NCBI GenBank assembly: GCA_002633005.1
Contig: NMRA01000029.1
Span: forward strand, 1,212,086 to 1,276,085
DNA length: 64,000 nt
Reading direction: 5' to 3'
Source: Phoronis australis
Lineage: Eukaryota > Animalia > Phoronida
The notes beneath the pieces were generated by a model that saw only the letters and a list, made by a program, of their open reading frames with translations, had not been told where the DNA came from and ran no database searches. Below, in pieces: positions 26,842 through 40,299 of this stretch. Position 1 is the stretch's first letter, and each line of letters opens with the position of its first letter. The position numbers and the translations under genes are program-made.

Positions 26842-28346
26842 GGAACAGCCCATTATTCTAAAGGTTCACTACTCCGAAGGTTCTCTAGTCCGAAAATAAA
26901 TAAAATGTCGAGCTCAGGTTTAATTTTTATACTTTTGGATGCAAAAGTAAACGATACTTCTGTTATTAGATGCATTGAGTGGTGTCCCTATATCTACAAT
27001 GTCCAGATGTGCATACTTTTGATTTTAAGCGCATGAGAAATTGCCTGTAAGGCTTACGAATACGGAAAAATGAGTGCATTCGTGCATACCAAGTCCGGTT
27101 TTGGCCTATTGACAGATACTAAGAATGACATTCCCACCCAGTTCTCTGAAACAAAATAATGCTCCATAACCATTGATAACCCAGAAAATATTTAAAACTC
27201 CTTTCAAAGTTTGCCAAACGGGCAAGAGTGACTTACGCTTTTTGCAAATTACGGTAACTGTGGTACAAGGCCATCCACCCGGGCCATAATGTCCAAATGT
27301 TGACTTGGCGTTTATGAATTTTTAGTTGATTCATTCTTAAAATAGGATACTAAACCTTGTTTTGAGGATTTCAACCAATCCCCGTTCTCTCATCTGCTGA
27401 TTCATCATTGGCGTCATCTTGAAAGATAAAAGCCGTAATCAACTACGAATTCATACCCACTATCTCACGAATTTGACATTATGGTCCTTGGTGGGTGGTC
27501 TTTTCCCACAGCTAACTTGTAACTAGCTAAAGCGTAGGCCACACTTGCCCTTTGGCAGACTTTGAAAGGCTATTTTTTCTTAAAACTTTTGAGGGTTACA
27601 GGACATTATTTTCTTTCAGAGAACTGGATAGGAAAGTCGTTTTTAGTATCTGTTAACAGGCCAATACCGGGTTTGGTATACATTTAATTTAGAAGATTAA
27701 CGCCAGTGATGCACTACCTAGTGCCAGAACAAGGATTGATGGAAATCATCACAGGGCTCACTATACTTTTAAAAGAATATGAAGTAGGAATATTAATGAG
27801 TTATCAGCCACGTTATTTTCATCAAATCCATGCCAAGGTTACATCATTTCACAGCGCGACTGAGCTAGTTTAGGGCCCGGGCCACTGCGCCTCAACCTCA
27901 TCCGACGGAACCGCGCGCACTGCCGGTCGAAACAAAATGTTGTTAGAAGGCCACCCTGTCCCTGCCAGTCTTCGCAAAGTCAGAGAGTCCCACTTAGTCT
28001 CCTTAAATTTAAAACCGATGTTGGTCGCCGCAGCACTGACCCGTGCCCAAGATGTTGTACCTGCTTGAGAGCGAGTCGTTAATTGGACCCAAGAATCACG
28101 GTTGGCAGTGTTTGGAACTAAGCTCATTTGTAAACAATGCAATCAATGTTTAAACGCTATTCAACTCTTGCACACCCTTTAAATGGTTACTACATGCTGG
28201 ACAAAAACACGATACTTAATAAGTGCTAATTCCGACTCATTAGCAAACAATCAGAGTGATGACCTGTCGGAGTTCTGGTTACGAAATTGTGAACATTCGG
28301 AGTAGTGGATTTTCGGAGTAGTGAACCTTCGGAATAGTGACATGTA
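26842..28346. mobile_element. MITE-like element with internally repetitive TIRs
   Basis: aaggttcactactccgaa arrays at 26842-26895 are inverted relative to ttcggagtagtgaacctt arrays at 28294-28346. Confidence 0.55.
27086..27679. mobile_element. Foldback MITE with about 210-bp imperfect TIRs, nested in the element at 26842-28346
   Basis: 27086-27300 is the diverged reverse complement of 27472-27679. Confidence 0.75.
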
Positions 28347-28619
28347 CATGTAGTTTTGGGAATCTTTTCCATCAAATTCGTTGTTAGTATGAAGTATGCG
28401 AGGCCATCATTGGCACTGATTGACTAGAGAATACTTCCTTCATTGACAAACGTTTTATTAGGTCTAGACCCACTTTTCCTAATATTTTGAACATGCTCGT
28501 CGGGGCTTTCTCAGTGCACACCCGGTAGCTGAATGGTTGGTTTTTGTTTGAGCAACGACCGAGGTCTGCCTGTTTACTTAATTCACGCCGGCAAGGCTCG
28601 CTACGATAGCTCTGTTGGA

Positions 28620-29095
28620 TAATTGGCATAGTTGTATTCCGCGTTGCTCGAACGGCGATAGAAAAATATGTTTTACAATCCCTAAGGACGTTGAGATTCG
28701 GAAGCGTTGGGTCGTTGCCATTCGCCGCAACGAAGGAAAATATTTCCGTGTAAAATTTATGAATGGTTTCGAAAAGTTAGATCATATTTTGTCGCACCTC
28801 GGTTGTGGAGCATCAAAGCATCGACCGGCGAATCTTTGGCCATCCAGGCTGTGTTTTCATGACTGCGGATTGAAACATGATGCATTTTGCTTTCCAAAAA
28901 GGACAGGGCCCCCAATCCCTTGATTTTGGATCCGAATATCGGCCCTATTTCCCTCTCAAAAATATTGAAAAATCACGCGAAATTCCCCCACGAGGTCAAA
29001 AAAATTCCCCTAGTGATTGAAAATGTCCCTCTGAAGTTCAAATCAACTGTAACCGCACAGGCAACAATTTGAAAGAGCACAAAATGCTACTTGAG
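28620..29095 (+). mobile_element. THAP-containing DNA transposon fragment
   Basis: HSCIPRCSNGDRKICFTIPKDVEIRKRWVVAIRRNEGKYF is the N-terminal half of a THAP domain; a second copy lies inverted at 18881-19375. Confidence 0.75.
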
Positions 29096-29859
29096 AAAGA
29101 GCCTGTGAGAGCTAGCAACAGGGCGGGATGCTATTGATGGTGATCGGGAGGTATATTTCCCCTCACTCGGCGAAAAAATTCCCAATAGACCGCTCATATT
29201 TTATATTTTCAATATTTTGAACAAAAGCACTGAACAATTTTTAATTTGACAAAATAAAATCGGCCATGGTAGTCGACGTCTCCAGTTCGTCGGAGCACAT
29301 ATCCGCTAGATGTGGCTACAATCGATAACACCAGCGGCTGCCAATGAGATTTTAGTCTGGTTAACGTCTTTAGTTAAGTTAAGACCAAGAAACGAAAACC
29401 GTCTCTGTGTTCATGAAACGGTATTTTCTGAATTGTTGTCTTCAGTCTTGATTTACATGTAGGTGGAATTTCGATCTCATCTTTGGTATTTTTTTTGTCC
29501 TGAACCTGAGCTCATTTTTCAAGAAACGCACCCCTGGTAGGAGTTGTCATAAAATGAACACAGATCAGGCGCTGCGGTTTTGCCCAGCAAAATAAAAAGA
29601 AAACGTTCAGAAGTAGGAGTTTTACGTAGTCGAGAATAACAAGCACTCCACAATTACAATTCATCTCACGAAAAACGATTAATCTATGATTACAACGCAC
29701 AGATCGGAAAGTAAAAATTCATGTGCACGTGACTTGTTGGGCAATCTCAGTGCAGTTAATTCAGTTGCTTGTAAGCAGCTTGATTTGGTTTGAGCCAGAA
29801 ACATTCACTGAACAGATATCAACAAGTTAAATGCTAAACAAACCAATGTTGCAATTCAG

Positions 29860-30078
29860 GTCCCATAGATTCCCGTTTAGACATCAACATTGTTGACGAC
29901 AGCCAATCCGACGTAAAGTTGTGCGCAAGTCTAGAGAAAAGGATTCTTGCTGGAGGGACGCAAAAGATTTCCTGCGCCAGTAATTCAATGATTGGGAAGG
30001 CAATTGAAATACAGATGTTTGGAAAAGTTGCTCTAACACTTTGCGAGGTGGAGGCTGAAGGAAAGTTCATTAGCTCAG
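29860..30078 (+). CDS. Mosaic gene exon: F-type lectin domain, C-terminal half
   Basis: aattcag acceptor and gtaaga donor; 219 nt, phase 1-1. CPIDSRLDI..LCASL..KISCASNSMIGKAIEI..LTLCEVEAEG. The split TGT codon restores the CC motif with the previous exon. Confidence 0.9.
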
Positions 30079-30447
30079 GTAAGATAAACATCCTAGAAAT
30101 AAACAGGCAGCTGATGCCTATTTGAGCATTTTGTTTATCCAAAACAGACATTTCTCCATAATTGGTATGTGGCTTTCTGAAACTGTAAACAAAATGCAAC
30201 ACTTTTCACAGATGGCTTATCTGTGCAAAATATCGCTTTCATGTACCTTGACAATGTCGAAGGTCATTTTTGCATTGGATGATTTACCGTTTCCTTCGTG
30301 AAGCCATGCATGTCAAGCTTGTTGCTTCCCTGCCTGCTGCATTCCTTGTCCCCTTCTTTACCGTCCAACACGCTTCTCTGTTCGTCTGATTTAATCTTTC
30401 TCCACCTGTCTGTCTTCTTTTCTCTCTAGGAAGGAGGGAAGGTGGGA

Positions 30448-30585
30448 NNNNNNNNNNNNNNNNNNNNNNNNNNNNNNNNNNNNNNNNNNNNNNNNNNNNN
30501 NNNNNNNNNNNNNNNNNNNNNNNNNNNNNNNNNNNNNNNNNNNNNNNNNNNNNNNNNNNNNNNNNNNNNNNNNNNNNNNNNNNNN
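30448..30585. other. Assembly gap
   Basis: Run of N flanked by CT-rich and GA-rich low-complexity sequence. Confidence 1.
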
Positions 30586-30826
30586 AGGGAGGAGGGGGAG
30601 GCAGGAAGGGAGGGGGAGGAATACGTTCAGAAACTTATATAACAATTATTGAAATGCAATAAGAACACACTTAGAATACCGTAAAACACAATGGAATACA
30701 ACTCTCAACGAAAATAGAGATGATTTAGCTTTTGCGCATGGTTATGAAAAAAGCAAAACTGGCAAACTAGATGTTTTTAAAAGCGAGTGCACATTCGTCG
30801 TAACAGGCGATTTTGGCATTTTACAG

Positions 30827-31114
30827 TGCCGGATATAGACTGCAAAAATACCGCAAATGGAATTGAATACCGTGGAACGAAATCAACAGGAAAAAATGGG
30901 GAGACATGCAGAAAGTGGTCGGATCCTGATGTCAAGAGACAGTTATTTAAATTTGAGCCTATGAAAGAAGTTTTCAAGAGCTGGCCATCTGAAATACAGG
31001 AGTCAAACTATTGCCGAAATCCCAGCAACGATAGCAGAGGTCCTTGGTGCTACTCGAAGAAAACAGTTGAACGTGTTTTATTTTGCGACATTGAACTGTG
31101 TGGACGTACTAAGG
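30827..31114 (+). CDS. Mosaic gene exon: kringle domain 1
   Basis: ttttacag acceptor and gtaagt donor; 288 nt, phase 1-1. DCKNTANGIEYRG..GETCRKW..NYCRNP..GPWCY..FCDIELC has six Cys. Confidence 0.95.
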
Positions 31115-31181
31115 GTAAGTCAGCAAATGATTTACATACCCTTTCATCTGTTAAGTGCTTGTCCACGAAAGCATCAGCCAT

Positions 31182-34100
31182 CCAGCGGCATGGTGGTGGT
31201 CAGCCGATTTTCACTAAATTTGACACTTAGATAGTCCTATGGGATCTATAAACTTGTAAAAGATTCCCTTGAATGAAAACTATTGAACGATTATTCACTT
31301 GGCATTGTTAAGTGGTGCCTGTAGATTGTTACGCAGATGTCTTGAAAAAAGGGTTCCGATTTACCACCTTTATTTAATAGTAAAATTTACTACACTGCAA
31401 CCCGTAATGCCATTTTGAGGTTATGTTCAATACATTGCTATACCAAATCTGCCCCCACTGCTATGAGAATGAAACTTGGCCAAAATGTTGACAAAACATA
31501 TTACTTTCATTGCATAAAATAAAAAAAAATTGTCAGCCAGTTTATTACTTATGCATTTTGGCACAGCAAATGTACTAAAATGAGAAATTTTCAAATATCT
31601 GAGACCGTTGCGTGATCACATAAAGTGAGATTGTCTTTAAAGTTTTTCGATGTTTTACAACGTTTTTGTTGCTCCCGATACTTACCACCTAGGACTATAG
31701 TACTACTAGATACCATACATTGCTCCATTTTTTAAAAAGCCGATTATGTCCTCCCCAGTCAAAAAATGAAGGTTATTTTCATTTACAGTTGATATGCTTT
31801 GCAATTTCCTCATGGGTATTTCTTCATAGCTATTCAAGCCAGATTTTCTTTTGATCAAATGTTCATGAAATGCATGAATTATAAGTTCAGTGGCATGACC
31901 ATAATTTCTATACGATTTAAAACAGAAATTTTCCTGACGAAATACCAGGTTTTCAGTTCTCTAAAAACATTCGAATGACAAGACAAACTCCACTACTGTC
32001 CGTGACAACTCGTCGCATGTTTAGCGGCCATCGGTCGTATCATTATTTTCCTTAATTGTGTCATTGTTGGATATAACAACACAGGTCGCATGGATATAGA
32101 ACCTTGGGTGTACATCATACCGTTGCCGATGAATGCTCGTCATTATCTTTACTATAACAATGGGAACAATGACGATGCTAATTTATGCGACCAGCCTCCC
32201 GTTCAGTAACGCTAGGATCTCGCTAAAAAGCAAGACTTCGCGAGATTACGTGAGATATTACCGTGTATTTTAAATAAGGACACGTGACTTTGACTAGGTT
32301 TTACCTAGGTCCTAGCGTCTACTGAACGCACGCCAGGTTTCCCGTGGATGACCAAAGATGGGGAATCCCAAAGAAGCCACAAATACTTATCATGCATCTC
32401 AGTAACTCTTCCCGCGCACACGAATCCTTTCAGTGGAACCTAAACACTAATTTTTTATATCCATGTATTGTGTTGTATTGCTCATGGTACGGGTTCAGAT
32501 TCCGTTGTATTAAGATATCAGTCCCCAACCCTGTAATATGTAGCCCAAGTAAAATTTCTAGACAACGTTTATGGATTTATTCTTACTGTAGTATCCATGG
32601 GCTCCAAATCTAACTCGCCTTCTTTTGACCCACTGTGAAATTTCATTAAGTCAGCCTGTTTTGTCTGGCAGCTTCTGCATATTCCTGAAAATTCGAAGTT
32701 ACATTTAGTCAGCTGTATTGGAAATATATTTTGTTGCATGTTCACAGTCCTAGGCTATAGGGATCAACCGAATAAAAACAACAGAGCCTCAATAGAGGTG
32801 GTTACTCTAATGTGGTTGAGTAGCAGCCACTGTATAATATGTATTTGCTATGCAATTTCTAGCAAAACCATCTAAAATCCCCAATGCAACCGTACAAGGT
32901 CTCCCCACCCTAGTTCACTACCATCCTGGTTTTTTATAACGCAGAACAGTAGATGGCAGCTGATATGACCCCAAAAGTTGAGCAATACCATTCTGCCCTT
33001 CACATGAGCCCACGTTCACGATGAACACAAACAGTTAATCATTTCAACATAACAGATTTCCAAACAAACATCTGACTTGTGTAACTATGTTTTTGTAATC
33101 AATTGCATACATAGCATATACTATCTTTTATGCACAAGTATGACATGGAAACCATAGGTTCAAGATCCTCGATAAATATTGTAGGACCCTCACAACAGCC
33201 ACAAATTATTTTCTTTAGTTTACCCTAGAATTCAGAAGATCACCGCCTTTTGGCAATCATATGAGGTAAACAGGAATTTTGAACTCTACTGCAAATTCAG
33301 CATGCATGAAACAACACCGGAATCCTTTACGTGGTTAACAGATCAATTGTCCCTTCAGGGCCTCAAGTCAACGGTATAATTTGGGGGACGTACGGGTCAT
33401 GTTAAAATTCCTGTCTTTTTTATTCCAATTTTGGAAGGGTGCATTTTGGTGTGCGACTTTGCAATGAGTGATTGAGCAAAACTGTGAAGTGCACATTAGA
33501 CATATATCAGTTACACTTTTTTGAGTTCCGTTCCATTTTTTAGCCTAACCATCATTGTAAATTTCACTACATGTAGTTGCAAAATCACAACTTACATGTA
33601 ATATCAATGTAATTTTTTGAGAAATGCAAAATATTTTTGGCGGATTTGGCATGTTTAATTAACTTCATATTTAATCACAGAAATTCAATGGCGGACATAA
33701 CGTACTCTCTAGTTTCTAAAAGTAGGTCATGGGCAGATGTCATGTAAAATGTTTCAACATATTTGGTGCTTATTATGAAAAGTTATGATAACTACTTATT
33801 TTCTATGTCAATGTACACATAAACAGCATATACTTCAAGACATTTGAAATAAGATATGATTAAGCAATAAGGCCCAAGTTATAAGCAATCATAGTGCGTC
33901 AATAAAAGTATTTTTGCATGAATGACGTGCTCCTAAAAATCTTCCTGAGGGTCTGATCCTAGAGCTTGCATGAAGCAGGGCGTTGAACCTTGACTTTACG
34001 TTTTTGGTCATCTTTGGACCTCTGTCGAATTTCCCCTCTTGTGTGCAGTGGATGTACTCAGTGTGCATTTTTCAAGATTTTTTAAAGTTGTTTCTCTCGG

Positions 34101-35706
34101 AAATTTATAAAAANCCTAACCATCATTGTAAATTTCACTACATGTAGTTGCAAAATCACAACTTACATGTAATATCAATGTAATTTTTTGAGAAATGCAA
34201 AATATTTTTGGCGGATTTGGCATGTTTAATTAACTTCATATTTAATCACAGAAATTCAATGGCGGACATAACGTACTCTCTAGTTTCTAAAAGTAGGTCA
34301 TGGGCAGATGTCATGTAAAATGTTTCAACATATTTGGTGCTTATTATGAAAAGTTATGATAACTACTTATTTTCTATGTCAATGTACACATAAACAGCAT
34401 ATACTTCAAGACATTTGAAATAAGATATGATTAAGCAATAAGGCCCAAGTTATAAGCAATCATAGTGCGTCAATAAAAGTATTTTTGCATGAATGACGTG
34501 CTCCTAAAAACCTTCCTGAGGGTCTGATCCTAGAGCTTGCATGAAGCAGGGCGTTGAACCTTGACTTTACGTTTTTGGTCATCTTTGGACCTCTGTCGAA
34601 TTTCCCCTCTTGTGTGCAGTGGATGTACTCAGTGTCTTTAGCGACGCTAATATATGCCTAGGGTTGTAACGATGATTTGGGCAAGTGAATCTACTACGGC
34701 AGATAATCTAGCTCCTGCTGCATACATGTACATGCTTCCGAAGCAGACATGCAACTTCTCAGGAGGGCACGTTCCACCTATTTCACATCCCCTCACTTTT
34801 AAGGTTCTCAAATATATCGCTATATTCCTTGTGCATTTTTCAAGAGTTTTTAAAGTTGTTTCTCTCGGAAATTTATAAAAATACTACATCTAATGCGATA
34901 TACAGTGCCAGATGAATAGATAAATTCGCAAACCTGCACTTGAGATCAGCCATCATTCAACAAACGCATACCATATGCTTTAGTTTGGTATTCAATGAGT
35001 TGGATAAACAAATCTAGTATAACTTCATATTTTGATGGGAAATGCTTGTATCTTTATAATTAACTAAAAACATTTAAGTAAACAAATTCTTTAAAAATTG
35101 TTGCATTATACCACAGCATTTTTATGCGTAGAAATGGCGCACAAATAGTGACTGGTTCAGCACGACAAATACACTGTACACATGTGTGCGGTATGAAAAT
35201 AGTGAAATTCTGATAGCTATTACCAAGCCTGCCTGAAGGGCTGACAAAGTTTTTTTGAATTAATGTCAAGGGCTTGGAGTCTTCTACATGCCCATGTTAT
35301 TATTTTCAGCTTTCTCGTGAGGGCAGCTTCGATATAAGGGTATAACTTACTGCTGGTTTTTAACAAGCATGATAAGTACCTCCACGAAAACAGTTCCAGT
35401 GTTACCATGGTAAACGATAGTTTGGTTTCGATACCGTTTTATCTTACAATGGTCATGAACCTATCATGTGATATCAAACTTACTCAGAAAAGATTCTGTT
35501 TGAAGCAGAAATTGCAGTAAACATGTAGTAAAAATGACTCATTCCGCAACAAGAAATTGCCGCATTTTGCCCACAGAAGACTTCCATAGGATCAACTAAA
35601 CCACCAAACTCTGTGGTGTCATACTTCACCCAATTTCTCTCATCCCTAATGTGATTTATTAGACTGAACATGGTTCTGAATGGCTGAGCCCCCACCTTGC
35701 CGCTTG
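31182..35706. mobile_element. Possible old non-autonomous DNA transposon
   Basis: Imperfect inverted ends agcggcatggtggtggtcagcc / ggctgagcccccaccttgccgct; no TSD found. Confidence 0.35.
33544..34880. other. Haplotype/contig-overlap duplication across a single N at 34114
   Basis: 33544-34065 is almost identical to 34115-34635. The second copy has about 195 extra bp before rejoining at gtgcattttt. Confidence 0.85.
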
Positions 35707-36624
35707 TTGACTGTACTGTGGTCGGTGGATCCGTGGACTGACTCTTAAGACCAAAGAGCGTTATCACCTGAAAGATGCAAGCTCGTAATGTGATAGATAG
35801 TCATGTGTATTTGCGATTTTTGACATCGAACTTCGAAAGTGCCATTTTGTGGATGAGTTACGGGGCACGGTATGAGCAAGGTGGTCACATTCAAAAAGGC
35901 TATGGAATGTGGGAATTTTGAGGAGAATATTTGAAAAATACAGGACAGAAAAGAGTCCAATTCTGGATTTGTCCTATTGACATTACTTAAGATTAGCTGG
36001 AACCCGTGCTTTACCAGCTAGTGTACGGGAATCGGCTTTCGCTGTGTTTACGTTAGATACGGAAGTTGCCCTGGTGATGAATACTTAAGTTCGTAAACAG
36101 AAATATCATGTAAAAGATGTGCTGTTATCAATGGATTTCAGATATCATTTATTATTGTCAATACCTTTTTTGCTCATTAATATCGCATTTCATTTCTTGC
36201 TGAAAGTCCACTTTTATAGTTGTTTTGATGGTGATAACACCACGAAGTACATACCAAAATGTGTGTTTGTTACCATACCTCAAATTCACATGAACAGATA
36301 TTTTCATGAATGAACGTTTTACGTGTGAAGCTTTAAATAGTGAACAAAGTCCTCAACCGCATTATCTTGATGCTATAGTCATAATATGAGAGTGTCGAGT
36401 CGATTGCGGATTGTTCTCAAACCCCGTCCACCCCACACCCCACAACCCACGACCCCCCTGGACCCACGACACACGGCCGTCTCAACCCACTGCTCACGAG
36501 CCCTTCGATCCAGTCTACGCAAACTCGATACAATATGAACATAGACGAAGTGTTGTCTTGCAGGACCACTGAGTCAGGTTGTGCGCTCGGCTGGCTTTTC
36601 CCTGTTCTTGCAATTAAGAAAGTC

Positions 36625-36875
36625 GTAACTAATCTGGTAGACCTGGGGGTGGAGTCCGCTATAAAATAAGGAAACTCACTCATGTAAAGAATTTTATTGG
36701 ACATGGCATAGTTTTGAAGAGTAACTGCTGTGAAAAAGTCACACTTGACTTCTGAACGGCACGTACCATAACCTCTTATATTGGGAGCAATCCTACCCAG
36801 GACAGCATGTGAATACGTATGTGTTGGTGGCTTACCGTCCGCCTCCCGGGTGAGTTTCTGAAAAGAAACACTTAT
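36625..36875 (+). repeat. Dispersed repeat with inverted paralogue at 61340-61590
   Basis: Collinear reverse-complement similarity (cccgggtgagtttc, ctgctgtgaaaaa, ttttattggacat). Confidence 0.75.
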
Positions 36876-37017
36876 TTCTACTGAATAAACTCTTTATTCA
36901 GTGGGATAACTGGTGGAGATAACATCACTGAAAAATGTCGATTCAAACTAATTGCTAAAAACATACCAAGTAATGTAATTATATAGTCTCTCAATGGAAA
37001 TGCTTAGGGCACACTGC

Positions 37018-39687
37018 CAGTGGCGGATCTACTGGGGGGGGGTTCAGAGGGGCTAGGACCCAAAAATTAGAAAAAAAACCAAAAACGTCTTCAGCAAAAC
37101 AAAAACGGAACCGCCAGCGTGTTTAAACCCCAAGTAAACCAACTTGGAAAAAACGAAGGGGGGTTCACTCTAAAAATTTTTTTTTTGAATTGTAATTTGC
37201 TGTTATGAAAATCAACTCGTTTCGATTCTTCGCGGCTCGTCGGCAAAAACCCCGGAGATCAATTATGCGCGCGCTTCCGACGGCACTTCTGAAGTAGCCA
37301 AGCATTTTAGATGGATCCACCGCTGAAAGAGCAGCTCTATAGCAGATTTCTTCAGGTAACTAGTTTCTTTACTCTAAGATATGTTTTGATTTGATTAGGG
37401 AAAATACTGTGGTGCCGCAATCCTGATATTGAGGCGAATTGACGTGCAACCTTTTTTACCTCATCTGTCATGCCATGTCATCCTATTACACCTTACACGT
37501 TTGTAACTCGAATTTGACTGATGTATAGTAAAGTTGTCTTGCGCAATATCATACAGTGTACATGTACATGTAATACTTGAAAAAAAATCGTTTTTACAAA
37601 GAATTGCTATTGTGGCCTGCGCCGTGGTCTGGTCGCGAGTCTGTTTGAAGATGCACTCTAACAAGTTATGTCTATACAAGGAATGACCAAGGGGGCACTT
37701 ACATTGACAAAGTGACCGCATTCGCGAACAGTGTACAGTACCAGAACTTGCGAGGAGGCTGTATTTTCACAACAAAGTCTTGCAGGAGTCGTGCGATGTT
37801 CAACGGGCCTCCTAACGAGCCCTATTGCCGACCTCAACACCTATCGTCTTTCTACCTGCAATAAGCACCACTGCCGTTTTCTATACTGGGAATTTCCGCA
37901 GAAAGGCCCACCCGAAGAAAAGCCCATGCCCATGGGCATTTATTTGATGTTAGTACTTCGGGTTTCAAGCGTTCAGACATTGGAAGGTTATTTCAAAAAT
38001 TGCAAGAGATGCAAATGGTCTTGGGATACATCGTCAAGGTTTGAAGAAGTCCATGATGAACGGATCGAATTTAGTTGCGCATGCTGTAAGTCTTGAATAG
38101 ACTTGGTTATCTCAGGGGGCTTAGTGCCAACTGAGCTGTGAAACGGGATGCTGACAATGCAGAGGCGTACAAGCTCATTGACACAGCAGTTGACGAAGTG
38201 CAAGCGTTGGGAACAAACGTCGAAGATGCCTGGGTAGAATGGTTCCAAGAGCGGCAAACCATTGAATCCGATGTACAGATTCCTCGGCAGTCTAGACAAC
38301 AGAAAGATAGGACCAACGTTCCCGAAGAAACACCCAGGCAATAAGTTATAATTATACACAGTTTGTAATTATGTCGGTTTTTTATACTTGTGTACAATGA
38401 AAACGAAATAGAAATTATTTTTGGACATGCCAAATTTACCCAGTACAGCAGAGAGTCTATAAGAGCACAGAAACTGATTCTGGCTTGTATTTCCACTTTA
38501 GTCTATCTTCTTTATATCCAAAATCTATTTCACGTAGTGCGTAGTTAAATCTGTACTCAATACTTGTTTCTTCCAGTGAGTACTACAGAAGGGTGCGAAA
38601 ACCCTTCCTAGACAACCTCTTGCAGCAGTTGACCATCAGATGTATGAACTACACGTATGAGCATCCACTGGGGATTAAAAAGTGTCTAGAGAGAGGTTTT
38701 CAATTCATTTTTTTTGCAAAATACGCTTAGGTCTCTCGACGGACCAGGCCAGCTTGATTAGTGTAGATATCGAGTTTCAGTGTACTTCTGATCCCTCGGC
38801 GAACCAGACTTGTGATGTCTTTTACCAAAGTGTGCTTTGTTAAACTATTTACCTCAGCCAGTACTGTTTGGTCCCGCGACAGATCGACTATTTTTATAGG
38901 GATAACAACCACAGTTGTACATTTGCTCTCGTGACGGACCAGGCAAGAGTTTTTGTGTACTCTCAGTGTACATCTGGTCCCTCTGCGAACTGCTCCTGTA
39001 TATCTTTTCACCACGGTGTAGGCCTACAGAATGTTTTAGTTTCGTGAAACTGTTTTCAGATGATTTGTTTCCTGATACATTTGACGTTTTTCAGTTGTTG
39101 TCAACGTGATTCAGCTTAATAAAGTGATACTTAATTGTTTTTGTCGCTTTTAATAATAGACTATGAATTACTGAGAGCACCATCGTTCGCTAGTTTTTCT
39201 CGTAACGAGACAGAACACATGTTTATTTCGGGACTAACAGTACAGGTCTTCGTTCTTAAACAGCTTGAGGCTGTTGCGATCATCTGATATTCAATTTTTA
39301 CGCCCCGTCGGTGCTCCTTATGCTCTTGAATATTTGGTAGTTGTCTAAACCCCCACCACACTTTTTCGTATGCTAAAAAAAGTGCGTGTAAGCAGATGTT
39401 CCAACAAAAATTGTTGCTGGTGGTGTGACTCATACCCAGATGTGCATAAATCTGGTTTCGCGAAACTTATGAGCCAAGTTCATGTGACGAAATCGAGAAG
39501 GGCTTTTAATTATCTTAAGAAAAACTCCAGGGACATGTTAAGTGCCAGAAACGTACAAGGATGCAAAATAAAACGTTATCTTACGTAAACCCCCTCCCGA
39601 CCTCCCCCCCGCTCGGCGCCACGCGCCTCGGATTCGACCTTTGCGGGACTCCTAAATCCCCCCGACTGAGAACGTAGATCCCCACTG
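37018..39687 (+). mobile_element. hAT DNA transposon relic (PRKRIR/ZMYM1-like transposase fragment)
   Basis: TIRs cagtggcggatctac / gtagatccccactg; partly matching 8-bp flanks (cacactgc / cacacacg). Peptides IPRQSRQQKDRTNVPEETP (38278-38337) and EYYRRVRKPFLDNLLQQL (38578-38632). Confidence 0.75.
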
Positions 39688-40299
39688 CACACACGGGACG
39701 TGAAGCTTCGGAATCCACACAATTTTTGGCACTTGTTTGACCCTTTTGACTGAAGTTGTCCACGCCTGTAGAAACCTTAGGCCTTTTTGGAATTTGTGTC
39801 CACCGAAGATTTGGCCCGGGACCCGGGAAAATAACAATAATAAGGCTTAGAACGACTACGTATTTTGATAACAATTCCGTTCTTTTACCAGATGTTTACA
39901 TGCAGACAGCGACGCATGCGCAATTCGGCCACCATTAATACAGCAGCGACACCGCGAGGAAAATTCGTCGAATAGCCCCATTAAAATGTAAAATTACGGA
40001 AGAAATCTGAATTTATGGGTGCCACCTGTTGGCGAAATATGGAACTATCATTCATAGTGTTTTATGCTGTTTTTACTGTTGGTAAAACTATAATTATCAA
40101 ACTGACTATGTCTCACCTTTATTGTATCACACATTTACAAATCAGTCCAACGCATACAATTTGTCAAAAAAGGAGACAAAAAGTATAGAATAACAACAAA
40201 TGCAATCGGATGAAGTACAAAAGGCCGGGAAATTAACAAGATAAATTGCCATTACTGGAGACGAAAATATGATATCACACGCTCTCTTTTTAGTTTTCG

